A DNA stretch of 64,000 bases, from positions 1,816 to 65,815 of the forward strand of contig OMZI01000025.1 in the NCBI GenBank assembly GCA_900315485.1, read 5' to 3'. Shown here piece after piece: positions 28,426 through 36,976 of this stretch; position 1 is the stretch's first letter, and every line of letters begins with the position of its first letter. This DNA comes from an uncultured Eubacteriales bacterium. GTDB taxonomy: Bacteria; Bacillota; Clostridia; Peptostreptococcales; Anaerovoracaceae. The notes under the pieces are model-generated. The model was not told the DNA's origin. It saw nothing but the letters and a program-made list of their open reading frames with translations, and did not search any database. The position numbers were made by a program, and so were the translations under genes.

Positions 28426-29115
28426 ATGGCAAGAGGAAAAGCATACGGAGTAGGCGTAGGCCCGGGAGATCCCGAGCTGATGACACTCAAGGCCTGCAGG
28501 CTTATCAGAGAAAATGAAGTTATGGCAGTTCCGGGCAAGGTGCCGCAGGACGCAGTCGCATACAAGATCGCAGCTGCAGCGGTACCAGAGCTCGCAGACA
28601 AGACTCTGATCCCGATATACATGCCGATGGTCAGGGACCGCGAGCTGATCGCAAAGAGCCACAGGGAAGCTGCAGACACCATAGAGAAGTATCTCGATGA
28701 GGGCAAGAACGTAGTATACCTTACTCTCGGAGACTCCACCATCTACTGCACTTTCAGCTACATCCAGCAAATTCTGGAAGATGAAGGTTATGAAGTAGAG
28801 CTCGTCAGCGGCATCCCGTCTTTCTGCGCAGCAGCTGCAAGGCTTGGAATATCCCTGACAGAGTGGAATGAGCCGCTGCATGTAATACCGGGTCTTCACA
28901 ACACCGAAGGGACACTTGAGTGGCCGGGCAACTATGCCATCATGAAGTCCGCAAGCAAAATGCCTCAGGTCAAGGCAATGCTTGCAAGATCGGGATACGA
29001 TGCGCAGGCAGTAGAGAACTGCAGCATGGAGACAGAGAAGGTGTACCGCTCGCTTGAGGAGATACCGGATGAAGCCGGATACTTCTCGCTCATAATAGCT
29101 AAGGAAAATAAATAG
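28426..29115 (+). CDS. cbiL: Cobalt-factor II / precorrin-2 C20-methyltransferase
   Basis: Motifs YGVGVGPGDPELMTLKA and LTLGDSTIY. Confidence 0.9.
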   Translation: MARGKAYGVGVGPGDPELMTLKACRLIRENEVMAVPGKVPQDAVAYKIAAAAVPELADKTLIPIYMPMVRDRELIAKSHREAADTIEKYLDEGKNVVYLTLGDSTIYCTFSYIQQILEDEGYEVELVSGIPSFCAAAARLGISLTEWNEPLHVIPGLHNTEGTLEWPGNYAIMKSASKMPQVKAMLARSGYDAQAVENCSMETEKVYRSLEEIPDEAGYFSLIIAKENK

Positions 29116-29118
29116 AAC

Positions 29119-29955
29119 ATGATAGAACTGAAAGAACTCACCAAGAAATTCGGTAACTTTACCGCTGTCGACGGTCTCTCCTTCGAGATCGGGACCGGCG
29201 AGTTCTTTGGGCTGCTCGGACCTAACGGCGCAGGCAAGACGACGACCATCAGCATGCTGTCGACTGTCCTGCTTCCTACTTCGGGCGAGATATATATAGA
29301 CGGGGTTAAACTGACAAGAGCTGCTTCCGAGCAGAAGAGGAAGCTCGCTGTCATCACTCAGGAATATTCGATGCGCCAGGATATGACCATGGATGAAGTC
29401 ATGGAGTATCAGGGGCGCCTTTATTTTATGCCGAAAAAGGAGATAAAGAAGAGGTCGGACGAGCTTCTCGAGTTCGCAGGGCTCGGGGACTACCACAGGA
29501 GAGTGGTGCGTCACCTGTCTGGCGGAATGAAGAGAAAGCTCATGATATGCCGCGCCCTGCTTATAGAGCCGGAGATACTCCTCCTTGATGAGCCGACCGC
29601 AGGCATGGACGCACTCTCGAGGCGGCAGATGTGGAACCTCTTGAGACAGGTATCCGGTCAGAACATGACCATCCTCCTTACCACGCATTACATTGAAGAG
29701 GCAGAGGCACTCTGCGACAGAGTGGCCATGATCAACAGAGGCCGGCTCCAGAAGCTGGATTCACCACGTGCACTCATACAGGAGCTCGGCGAATTCACAG
29801 TAGACGAGACCGGAGAAGGCGACCTCAAGAGCACGCACTTCACCACAAGAGAAGAAGCGATCAGATATCTTGAGACAGCACCTTCAGACTCAACACTCAG
29901 GCAGACCACACTCGAGGACGTCTTCGTCGACGTCGCCGGACGCAAGCTGATATAA
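29119..29955 (+). CDS. ABC transporter ATP-binding protein (ABC-2/DrrA-like exporter type)
   Basis: Walker A GPNGAGKTTT, signature LSGGMKRKL, Walker B LLLDEPTAGMD. Confidence 0.85.
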   Translation: MIELKELTKKFGNFTAVDGLSFEIGTGEFFGLLGPNGAGKTTTISMLSTVLLPTSGEIYIDGVKLTRAASEQKRKLAVITQEYSMRQDMTMDEVMEYQGRLYFMPKKEIKKRSDELLEFAGLGDYHRRVVRHLSGGMKRKLMICRALLIEPEILLLDEPTAGMDALSRRQMWNLLRQVSGQNMTILLTTHYIEEAEALCDRVAMINRGRLQKLDSPRALIQELGEFTVDETGEGDLKSTHFTTREEAIRYLETAPSDSTLRQTTLEDVFVDVAGRKLI

Positions 29956-29957
29956 CT

Positions 29958-30689
29958 ATGGGAATTATTACGGTACTTTGGGAAAAATGGGTCGAGTTCA
30001 GACGAGACTTCTATAAGATCACCGTCGCGGCGATGATCTCTCCTTTGATGTACCTGATTATCTTCGGCCTGGGCATCCGTACGACTTCACACGGCGAGCC
30101 GTACATACACTTCCTCGTGCCGGGACTCGTCGCGATGGTCACGATGACCGGCAGCTTCGGCGCGATAGCCCAGAGCATGAGCGTTCAGAGGCTGTATGAA
30201 AAGGCGCTCGACCAGGTGATGGTATCGCCTACGCCTCTGTGGCAGTTCATACTGGGGCAGGTGATAGGCGGCAGCCTGAGAGGCCTGTATGCTGCATGCG
30301 TCATACTCATCCTCACGATACCTGTAAGGCACGGACTCATCTTCAACGGGCTGTCATTTTTCATAATGCTCCTGAACGGGATGGTGTTTGCAACGCTGGC
30401 GCTGGTATTGTCATTCCTTGCGAAGACATACTCGGACGCACCGAGATTCAATACGTACATAATCATGCCGATGTCGTTCCTGTGCAATACATTCTTTTCG
30501 ACTGAAGAGATGCCGGACGGCTTCAGGCAGATCATTGAGATACTGCCGCTGTCTCAGACGAGCGGTATGATAAGAAGCATAGCAAACGGGGAGGCACCGG
30601 GAGCATACGGATTCATAGTGCTCCTTGCATACCTCGTGATCCTCGGCAGCATATCCGTATATTTTATCTATAAGAAGAAGAACCTGTAA
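29958..30689 (+). CDS. ABC-2 type transporter permease
   Basis: Six predicted TM segments, 243 aa, immediately after the ATPase. Confidence 0.8.
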   Translation: MGIITVLWEKWVEFRRDFYKITVAAMISPLMYLIIFGLGIRTTSHGEPYIHFLVPGLVAMVTMTGSFGAIAQSMSVQRLYEKALDQVMVSPTPLWQFILGQVIGGSLRGLYAACVILILTIPVRHGLIFNGLSFFIMLLNGMVFATLALVLSFLAKTYSDAPRFNTYIIMPMSFLCNTFFSTEEMPDGFRQIIEILPLSQTSGMIRSIANGEAPGAYGFIVLLAYLVILGSISVYFIYKKKNL

Positions 30690-31363
30690 TGATCAACGCA
30701 CACAGAAAAGCACTGGTAATACTGTTCATAATGATGCTGACTGCAGCATCATGTATTACTGTGTCTGCGGAGCCGGTGGTCATCAAGGACAAGGAAAAGG
30801 GCATCGGCGTTGAGACCGAAGAGCGCGACCGCTCGCTCCAGGACGGGACTCTTATCTACAGCATGACACCGGTATATCCCGAAGACTTTGACGAGGGGAC
30901 ATACGATGTCGATGCGCTCTCGAGCTCGCAGTTTTTCAAGATCACGCAGGCAAAACTCACGAATGACGGAGGCAGCATAGAGGCCGTCATCCGCATCTCG
31001 AGTACCAGCTACGCATACGTGTATCCGGGGACTGCGGCGGAGGCAGAGGCTGCAGATCAGAGCAAGTGGATACCGGCCGACGAGTCGAGCGGATTCGGAG
31101 AGTTCACGCTTGACGTCGAGGCGCTGAACAAGGAGATGCCGTGCGCTGCATACAGCAAGAAGAAGGCAAAATGGTATGACAGAGATATCGCATTTATCGC
31201 GGAGAGCCTGCCTCAGGAAAACCTCCACGTAGAGCTCTCGGCAGACGGCGGCACCATCGCTGACACGCAGGAAGCCGCGGTCAAAGTCATTTACATAGCG
31301 CTCGCCATCATAATCATCGGCGGGATACTCAATCACTTTATCAAGAAGCGCTTCTATGAGTAG
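30689..31363 (+). CDS. Secreted, C-terminally membrane-anchored protein carrying one copy of the same domain as the 4676..5545 lipoprotein
   Basis: TAATG overlap with the permease. N-terminal signal (ALVILFIMMLTAASCITVSA). Domain DEGTYDVDALSSSQFFKITQAKL...ISSTSYAYVYPGTAAEAEA...KWYDRDIAF. C-terminal TM segment VIYIALAIIIIGGIL. Confidence 0.65.
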   Translation: MINAHRKALVILFIMMLTAASCITVSAEPVVIKDKEKGIGVETEERDRSLQDGTLIYSMTPVYPEDFDEGTYDVDALSSSQFFKITQAKLTNDGGSIEAVIRISSTSYAYVYPGTAAEAEAADQSKWIPADESSGFGEFTLDVEALNKEMPCAAYSKKKAKWYDRDIAFIAESLPQENLHVELSADGGTIADTQEAAVKVIYIALAIIIIGGILNHFIKKRFYE

Positions 31364-31402
31364 CGGGATATGGTACAATCTTAAACAGGTAATCAGCAAT
31401 GC

Positions 31403-31438
31403 ATAGCGAACTTTACACACACCCGGAAAGTTCGCTAT
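31403..31438 (+). other. Perfect 12-bp stem hairpin between the ABC-2 module and sirC
   Basis: ATAGCGAACTTT-N12-AAAGTTCGCTAT. Only TT follows, so it is not a canonical terminator. Confidence 0.3.
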
Positions 31439-31457
31439 TTAGATAGGAGCAGAGAAA

Positions 31458-31943
31458 ATGAGTCTATATTTCCCAATGTTTGTAGATCTGTCGCAGAAGA
31501 ACGTCCTCTTCATCGGGGCGGGCAAGATCTCTGCGAGAAGGCTTGTGAATATTTTCGATTTTGTCGGTTCGGTCACGGTCGTCGCGCCTGACTGCGAGCC
31601 GATCATTCAGAAGCTTGCGGATTCGGGATACATCACATACCACCGCAGGAGATTCGACGAGAACGACCTCGAAGGCATGGACATAGCCTTCATCTCGACC
31701 GGACATGCGGGAACTGATGTGAGAATCGCAGGCATGTGCAGGAGAAGAGGCATCCTCGTCAATGCCGCAGGCGACCAGTCGCTTTGCGATTTCTACTTCC
31801 CGGGCATCGCGCGCAAGGGACCTGTCGTAGTGGGCGTGACCGCGAGCGGGGAAAACCACAGCCTGGCTGCCGAGACGACAGGCAAGATCAAAAAGCTGCT
31901 CGACTACATAGATATTCCGGAAGACACCGATGCCGGAAGATAA
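31458..31943 (+). CDS. sirC: Precorrin-2 dehydrogenase / sirohydrochlorin-forming (CysG N-terminal domain type)
   Basis: Rossmann motif VLFIGAGKISARR, 161 aa. Confidence 0.85.
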   Translation: MSLYFPMFVDLSQKNVLFIGAGKISARRLVNIFDFVGSVTVVAPDCEPIIQKLADSGYITYHRRRFDENDLEGMDIAFISTGHAGTDVRIAGMCRRRGILVNAAGDQSLCDFYFPGIARKGPVVVGVTASGENHSLAAETTGKIKKLLDYIDIPEDTDAGR

Positions 31944-31964
31944 AACAGACCGGTAATTGACTGT

Positions 31965-33302
31965 ATGGCTAACGAAGAGATCCTGAATCTTGCGAATGAT
32001 GTGCTTGATATATCAAGAAACAGGCTCCTTGTGAATCTGCGCTACATGGATGTGGCGCTGAGCATGCACAGGAGGTCTGTTTATGATGGGACCTTTTCGA
32101 CCGACGGGGACAGGATATACTATTCGCCTGAGCACGTACTGAGAGTCTACAGGGATTCGCGTGAGGAGATCACAAGAAACTATCTGCACCTTATCCTGCA
32201 CTGCATCTTCCTGCATCCGTTCGTGGGCACCAGGATCGACAGGAAGAGATGGGACCTGGCCTGCGACATAGCAGTCGAGGCATCCATAAACGACCTCGGC
32301 CTCACATGCACAAGATCTGACAGGGAGGACAGGCAGAACAAATACCTGAGAGAGATAAGGGCTGCGGTAAAAAACCTGACCGCTGAGAAGATATATGCGT
32401 GGCTCGGAGAGATGCAGTACTCTGAAGAGAGGCTCGCATACATGAGAGACATGTTCTCGCCGGATGACCACAGCGTCTGGTATGCGCCTGAGCATAAACA
32501 GGGCACAGCTCCTCAGGCACGCGAGCACATATCCGGCCCGTCTCAGGATGTGAACCTGACCGATGAGGATCAGTGGAAGAACATCGCAAAGCAGATCGAG
32601 ATGGAGCTTGAGATATTCGGCAAAGTCCGCGGCGAGTCCGCGGGGACTCTCGTCCAGAACATAAGAGCCGTGACACGCGAGAGATATGACTACACGGATT
32701 TTCTCAGAAAGTTCGCGGCCATGGGAGAAGAGATAAAGACTTCCGAGGATGAGTTCGACTACATCTACTACACCTACGGCCTGACGCATTACGGGAACAT
32801 GCCGCTCATAGAGCCGCTCGAATACAGAGAGGACCACAGGATCAGGGATTTTGTCATAGCGATAGATACCTCGGGCTCTGTGGCGGGAGAAGAGGTGCAG
32901 ACCTTCCTCCGCAGGACATATGGTATACTGAATCAACAGGGGTCATTCTTCCGCGACATCAACGTCCACATCATCCAGTGCGACGCGGAGATCCAGGACG
33001 ACACCGTGATCACCTGCACAGAGGATTTTGACAGATACCTTGAGACGATGGAGATTAGAGGCCTCGGAGGCACCGACTTCAGACCGGTCTTCACCTATGT
33101 GGACAGGCTCATAAAAGAGGGTGCGTTTTCAGACCTCAAGGGACTTATATATTTCACGGACGGACTCGGGACGTATCCTGAGGCAAAACCGCCGTACAGG
33201 ACGGCGTTCGTCTTCGTTGACGACGGCTACCATCTGCCTGCAGTGCCGGTGTGGGCGATAAGAGTATTGCTGCAGCAGGACGAGCTGCATGAGGGGATAT
33301 AG
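31965..33302 (+). CDS. DUF2201-type protein: N-terminal zincin-like domain plus C-terminal VWA domain
   Basis: HLILHCIFLH sits at the position of the HExxH motif, with the Glu replaced by Leu. MIDAS motif IAIDTSGSV. Confidence 0.75.
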   Translation: MANEEILNLANDVLDISRNRLLVNLRYMDVALSMHRRSVYDGTFSTDGDRIYYSPEHVLRVYRDSREEITRNYLHLILHCIFLHPFVGTRIDRKRWDLACDIAVEASINDLGLTCTRSDREDRQNKYLREIRAAVKNLTAEKIYAWLGEMQYSEERLAYMRDMFSPDDHSVWYAPEHKQGTAPQAREHISGPSQDVNLTDEDQWKNIAKQIEMELEIFGKVRGESAGTLVQNIRAVTRERYDYTDFLRKFAAMGEEIKTSEDEFDYIYYTYGLTHYGNMPLIEPLEYREDHRIRDFVIAIDTSGSVAGEEVQTFLRRTYGILNQQGSFFRDINVHIIQCDAEIQDDTVITCTEDFDRYLETMEIRGLGGTDFRPVFTYVDRLIKEGAFSDLKGLIYFTDGLGTYPEAKPPYRTAFVFVDDGYHLPAVPVWAIRVLLQQDELHEGI

Positions 33303-33344
33303 AGAATAGCAGAAAAGCTGAACTACTGAACGCAGGAGCAGACA

Positions 33345-34847
33345 ATGAATATCAGCAAAGCCAAGACACAGATAAGAAATGCAGTCAAAGCGTATCTCAC
33401 GAAGGATGAGTTCGGGGCATACGCCATCCCGGTCGAGAAGCAGAGACCGGTCCTTCTGATCGGACCTCCGGGGATAGGCAAGACCGCTATAATGGAGCAG
33501 ATAGCCGCAGAGCTCGGCATCGGCATCATTTCGTATTCCATGACTCATCACACGAGGCAAAGCGCCATCGGACTTCCGTTCATAAGCCACAAGGTATATG
33601 ACGGAAAAGAGTACGACGTCACCGAGTACACGATGAGCGAGATCATCTCATCCATATACGAGCTCATGGAAGAGACCGGAGTGAAGGAGGGCATCCTCTT
33701 CCTCGACGAGATCAACTGCGTGTCGGAGACCCTGTCGCCTCTGATGCTCCAGTTCCTTCAGTACAAGGTATTCGGAAGACACCGCATTCCTGACGGCTGG
33801 ATCATCGCATGCGCCGGAAACCCTCCGGAATACAACGATTCCGTCAGGGATTTTGACATCGTCACACTCGACAGACTCAAGAAGATCGATGTCGAGGCCG
33901 ACTACGACACATGGAAGGAATACGCGCTGAAGGCTGATATCCACCCGGCAGTCACGACCTTCCTCCAGAGCAAGAGGAACAGATTCTACTCGGTAGAGAC
34001 GACCGTAAGCGGCCGCAGCATTGTAACGCCGAGAGGCTGGGAAGACCTCAGCAAGATGCTGTATCTGTACGAGCAGAACAGCCTTGAGGTCGACGAGGAC
34101 CTGATCATCCAGTACCTGCAGGATCAGGCGGCCGCCAAGGAATTCGCTGTATATTACGACCTCTTCAACAAGTACAGGACGGAGTATCCGGTCGAGGACA
34201 TCCTCCTCGGCAAGGCTACGGGAGAGATGATCGGCCAGGCTGCCGATGCCGGATTCGATGAGGTATACACACTCATCGGACTCCTTCTCAGCAACGTGAG
34301 GACAGACATCCGCGCATGCAATACCGAGGAAAAGGTAATAGATGAGCTGAGGGCATGCCTCAAGGCTTATGCAGAGGAAGATCCGGGCGAGAAGACTCCG
34401 CAGGAGAGGCTTCTTGAGATCGCGGGAGATATGAGAAGCAGGCTCGAGGCCGGAAGAAAGTCAGGCTCAGTTGATCAGAACAGGCGCAGGGTCATGCTGA
34501 GGACGGCGGACATCCTGGACAGATTCGCATCGGAGACAGCAGGCGTGAAGGATTTCAATGAGTCCTTCGACATAATACGCGACAAGTTCAGCACTATCGT
34601 GAAGGCACATGCAGCGCAGGTGGGCAGGACTCAGGACAAGTTGACAGGGCTGTTCAGATTCGCCGAAAGCTGCTGGGGCGAGGGCAGAGAGATGCTGATG
34701 ATCGTGACAGAGCTTACCGCCGATGCCTCAAGTGCAGCATTCATAAACAAATACGGATGCGAGGAGTACTTCAGACACAACAAGGAGCTTCTGTTCAGCG
34801 AGAGACAGATAGAGATCGACCGCAAGATCGACCAGCTGGAGCTGTAA
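33345..34847 (+). CDS. MoxR/CbbQ-like AAA+ ATPase (AAA_5) with a C-terminal extension of about 200 aa
   Basis: CAGGAG RBS. Walker A GPPGIGKT. Walker B ILFLDEIN. ACAGNPPEY segment. Confidence 0.8.
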   Translation: MNISKAKTQIRNAVKAYLTKDEFGAYAIPVEKQRPVLLIGPPGIGKTAIMEQIAAELGIGIISYSMTHHTRQSAIGLPFISHKVYDGKEYDVTEYTMSEIISSIYELMEETGVKEGILFLDEINCVSETLSPLMLQFLQYKVFGRHRIPDGWIIACAGNPPEYNDSVRDFDIVTLDRLKKIDVEADYDTWKEYALKADIHPAVTTFLQSKRNRFYSVETTVSGRSIVTPRGWEDLSKMLYLYEQNSLEVDEDLIIQYLQDQAAAKEFAVYYDLFNKYRTEYPVEDILLGKATGEMIGQAADAGFDEVYTLIGLLLSNVRTDIRACNTEEKVIDELRACLKAYAEEDPGEKTPQERLLEIAGDMRSRLEAGRKSGSVDQNRRRVMLRTADILDRFASETAGVKDFNESFDIIRDKFSTIVKAHAAQVGRTQDKLTGLFRFAESCWGEGREMLMIVTELTADASSAAFINKYGCEEYFRHNKELLFSERQIEIDRKIDQLEL

Positions 34848-34879
34848 GAAACAGCAGGAAACAGCAACGCAAAAGCAAC

Positions 34880-34917
34880 GCGCATATGGGAGAATAATTA
34901 CCCGTATGCGCTTTTTC
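34880..34917 (+). terminator. Rho-independent terminator ending the cob super-operon
   Basis: GCGCATATGGG-N10-CCCGTATGCGC followed by TTTTTC. Confidence 0.7.
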
Positions 34918-35066
34918 TTGCGGCACTATTATTTCATCAAATACACTGAACATTTTGCATAGACGATATCAATAATTGCGCTGAGAATAATCAGATATAA
35001 TAATTCCATGAATAACGGCGTCAGCCGTATGTTTTTTGATGCTTGCGGGATGTAAGAGGTGTTTAT

Positions 35067-36215
35067 ATGACTTACGAAGAACTGAAAAAAGAAATGGAAC
35101 TGTATCCCGAGACCATGACGGACGGGGAGAGAATGCAGAAATACGCTGCAGGTGAAGAGGTAGACCATATACCATTCTCGATCCAGAGTAATGAAGAGGC
35201 TATGGCCAACATTTTCGGATATACTACTGCTCAGTGGAGAAATGACGTCAAGGTACATATCGATGTCATAAAGAGAAGAAAGGAAGAGTTCAACATCGGC
35301 GGACTCGCTTCCGGACTGAGACTGAGAACAATGGCGCAGGCTGTCGGTTCTGAGATCTACTTCCCTGAAGTAGGTATCGACCGTGTAATCAAGCCTGTTC
35401 TTGAGGACTATGACCAGCTGAAGACTCTCATGAAGGACAACCCTAAGAAGAATCCGGTCTTCCTGTCAGTCCTGCAGAGAGGTATAGACCTCAAGGCAGC
35501 ATTCCCTGAGATGGGTATCGCGATGCCGGTAGCAGGTCCTTTCACCAACGCTTCCTGCATCAGACCGGTAGAGAAGATCCTGAGAGATACAGTAAGGCAC
35601 CCTGAAGAACTTCACGACCTTCTGAAGTGGTGCGTTGACTATACAGTAGCATATGCTGAGATGTTCGCTGATGAATTCGGCGGCGGCGGATGCACCATCT
35701 GCGACCCGGTCAGCTGCTCTGACATCCTCGGCAAGAGAAACTACAAGAAGTTCTCAGAGCCTCATCTGATCGAGCTCATCGAGGGACTGACACAGGCTCT
35801 CGGAAGGAAGCCTGGAATCCACATCTGCGGAAAGACTTCACCTCTGTGGGATGAGATGAGCCAGCTCAAGGTAGCCAACTTCAGCGTAGACAACATGGAA
35901 GACCTCGCAGCTGCAAGAGACATCATGGGACCTCACTTCGGACTCATGGGCAACGTGGCACCTGTAGATGTTATGCTCAACGGGACCATAGACGATGTCA
36001 TCGAGACATGCAAGACCTGCATCATCAAGGGATCCGAGGCAGAGAACGGATATACACTCGGCACAGGATGCCAGGTACCTATCGGAACACCGAGAGAGAA
36101 CTTTGACGCATTTATCTTTGCAACACGCAAGTACGGCAGAGGCGCAAGAAAGGGCTGCCTGCCGCTCGGGATCGCTGAAGAAGCACTGACCGACGTGATC
36201 GAGACCAAAGAATAG
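35067..36215 (+). CDS. URO-D-family (MtaA/MtbA-like) corrinoid methyltransferase, Zn-type
   Basis: AAGAGGTG RBS and ATG at 35067. HxC...C zinc motif (GIHICGK, GTGCQVP). Confidence 0.8.
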   Translation: MTYEELKKEMELYPETMTDGERMQKYAAGEEVDHIPFSIQSNEEAMANIFGYTTAQWRNDVKVHIDVIKRRKEEFNIGGLASGLRLRTMAQAVGSEIYFPEVGIDRVIKPVLEDYDQLKTLMKDNPKKNPVFLSVLQRGIDLKAAFPEMGIAMPVAGPFTNASCIRPVEKILRDTVRHPEELHDLLKWCVDYTVAYAEMFADEFGGGGCTICDPVSCSDILGKRNYKKFSEPHLIELIEGLTQALGRKPGIHICGKTSPLWDEMSQLKVANFSVDNMEDLAAARDIMGPHFGLMGNVAPVDVMLNGTIDDVIETCKTCIIKGSEAENGYTLGTGCQVPIGTPRENFDAFIFATRKYGRGARKGCLPLGIAEEALTDVIETKE

Positions 36216-36293
36216 GCTGCGAGAAATAAACTGAATTCTATTGTTACAAGGAAGCAATTGAAGTTATTATTAAGAAACAGGAGAAAGTAACTT

Positions 36294-36947
36294 ATGGCAA
36301 CTAAAGAAGAATTACTGCAGAAAATGTCTGACTACGTCTTCGAGATGGAAGACGAAGAGATCGCTGATGTATGTGAAGAGTACATCGAAGCAGGATATGA
36401 TCCTCTCGACGGAATCCTTCACGGTCTTGTTGACGGAATGAACCGCGCAAGTGACATGTACGATCAGGAAGAGTACTTCGTAACCGACCTGCTGCTCTGC
36501 TCTGATGCGATGTACGCAGGACTCGACGTTCTGAGACCGCACCTTCCTGAAGATGCAAGCATGGGCGACTCGAAGAAGGCTGTAATCGGCGTTATCGAGG
36601 GCGACACACACGATATCGGCAAGAACCTCGTCAAGATCATGATGGAGACTGCAGGATTCGAGATGTACGACCTCGGAAGAGACGTTCCTATCGACAGCTT
36701 CATTGAGAAGGCGAAGGAAGTCGACGCTGACCTCATCATGATGTCCACACTGATGACAACAACCATGCCTGGCATGAGAACTGTCATCGAGAAGCTCAAA
36801 GAGCAGGGCATCAGAGACAACTTCAAGGTAATGGTAGGCGGAAGCCCGATCTCCATGAAGTATGCTGAGGACATCGGCGCTGACGGCTATTCAAGAAACG
36901 CTGTTGAGGCTGTAGAAGTAGCCAAGAAGCTCTGCGGATTAGAATAA
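36294..36947 (+). CDS. Methyltransferase cognate corrinoid protein (B12-binding_2 plus B12-binding domains)
   Basis: DxHDxG (GDTHDIGKN), SxL (MSTLMTT) and GG (VMVGGSP) motifs. Confidence 0.9.
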   Translation: MATKEELLQKMSDYVFEMEDEEIADVCEEYIEAGYDPLDGILHGLVDGMNRASDMYDQEEYFVTDLLLCSDAMYAGLDVLRPHLPEDASMGDSKKAVIGVIEGDTHDIGKNLVKIMMETAGFEMYDLGRDVPIDSFIEKAKEVDADLIMMSTLMTTTMPGMRTVIEKLKEQGIRDNFKVMVGGSPISMKYAEDIGADGYSRNAVEAVEVAKKLCGLE

Positions 36948-36976
36948 TAAACCATCACCTGGGAGGAAAAGTCATA

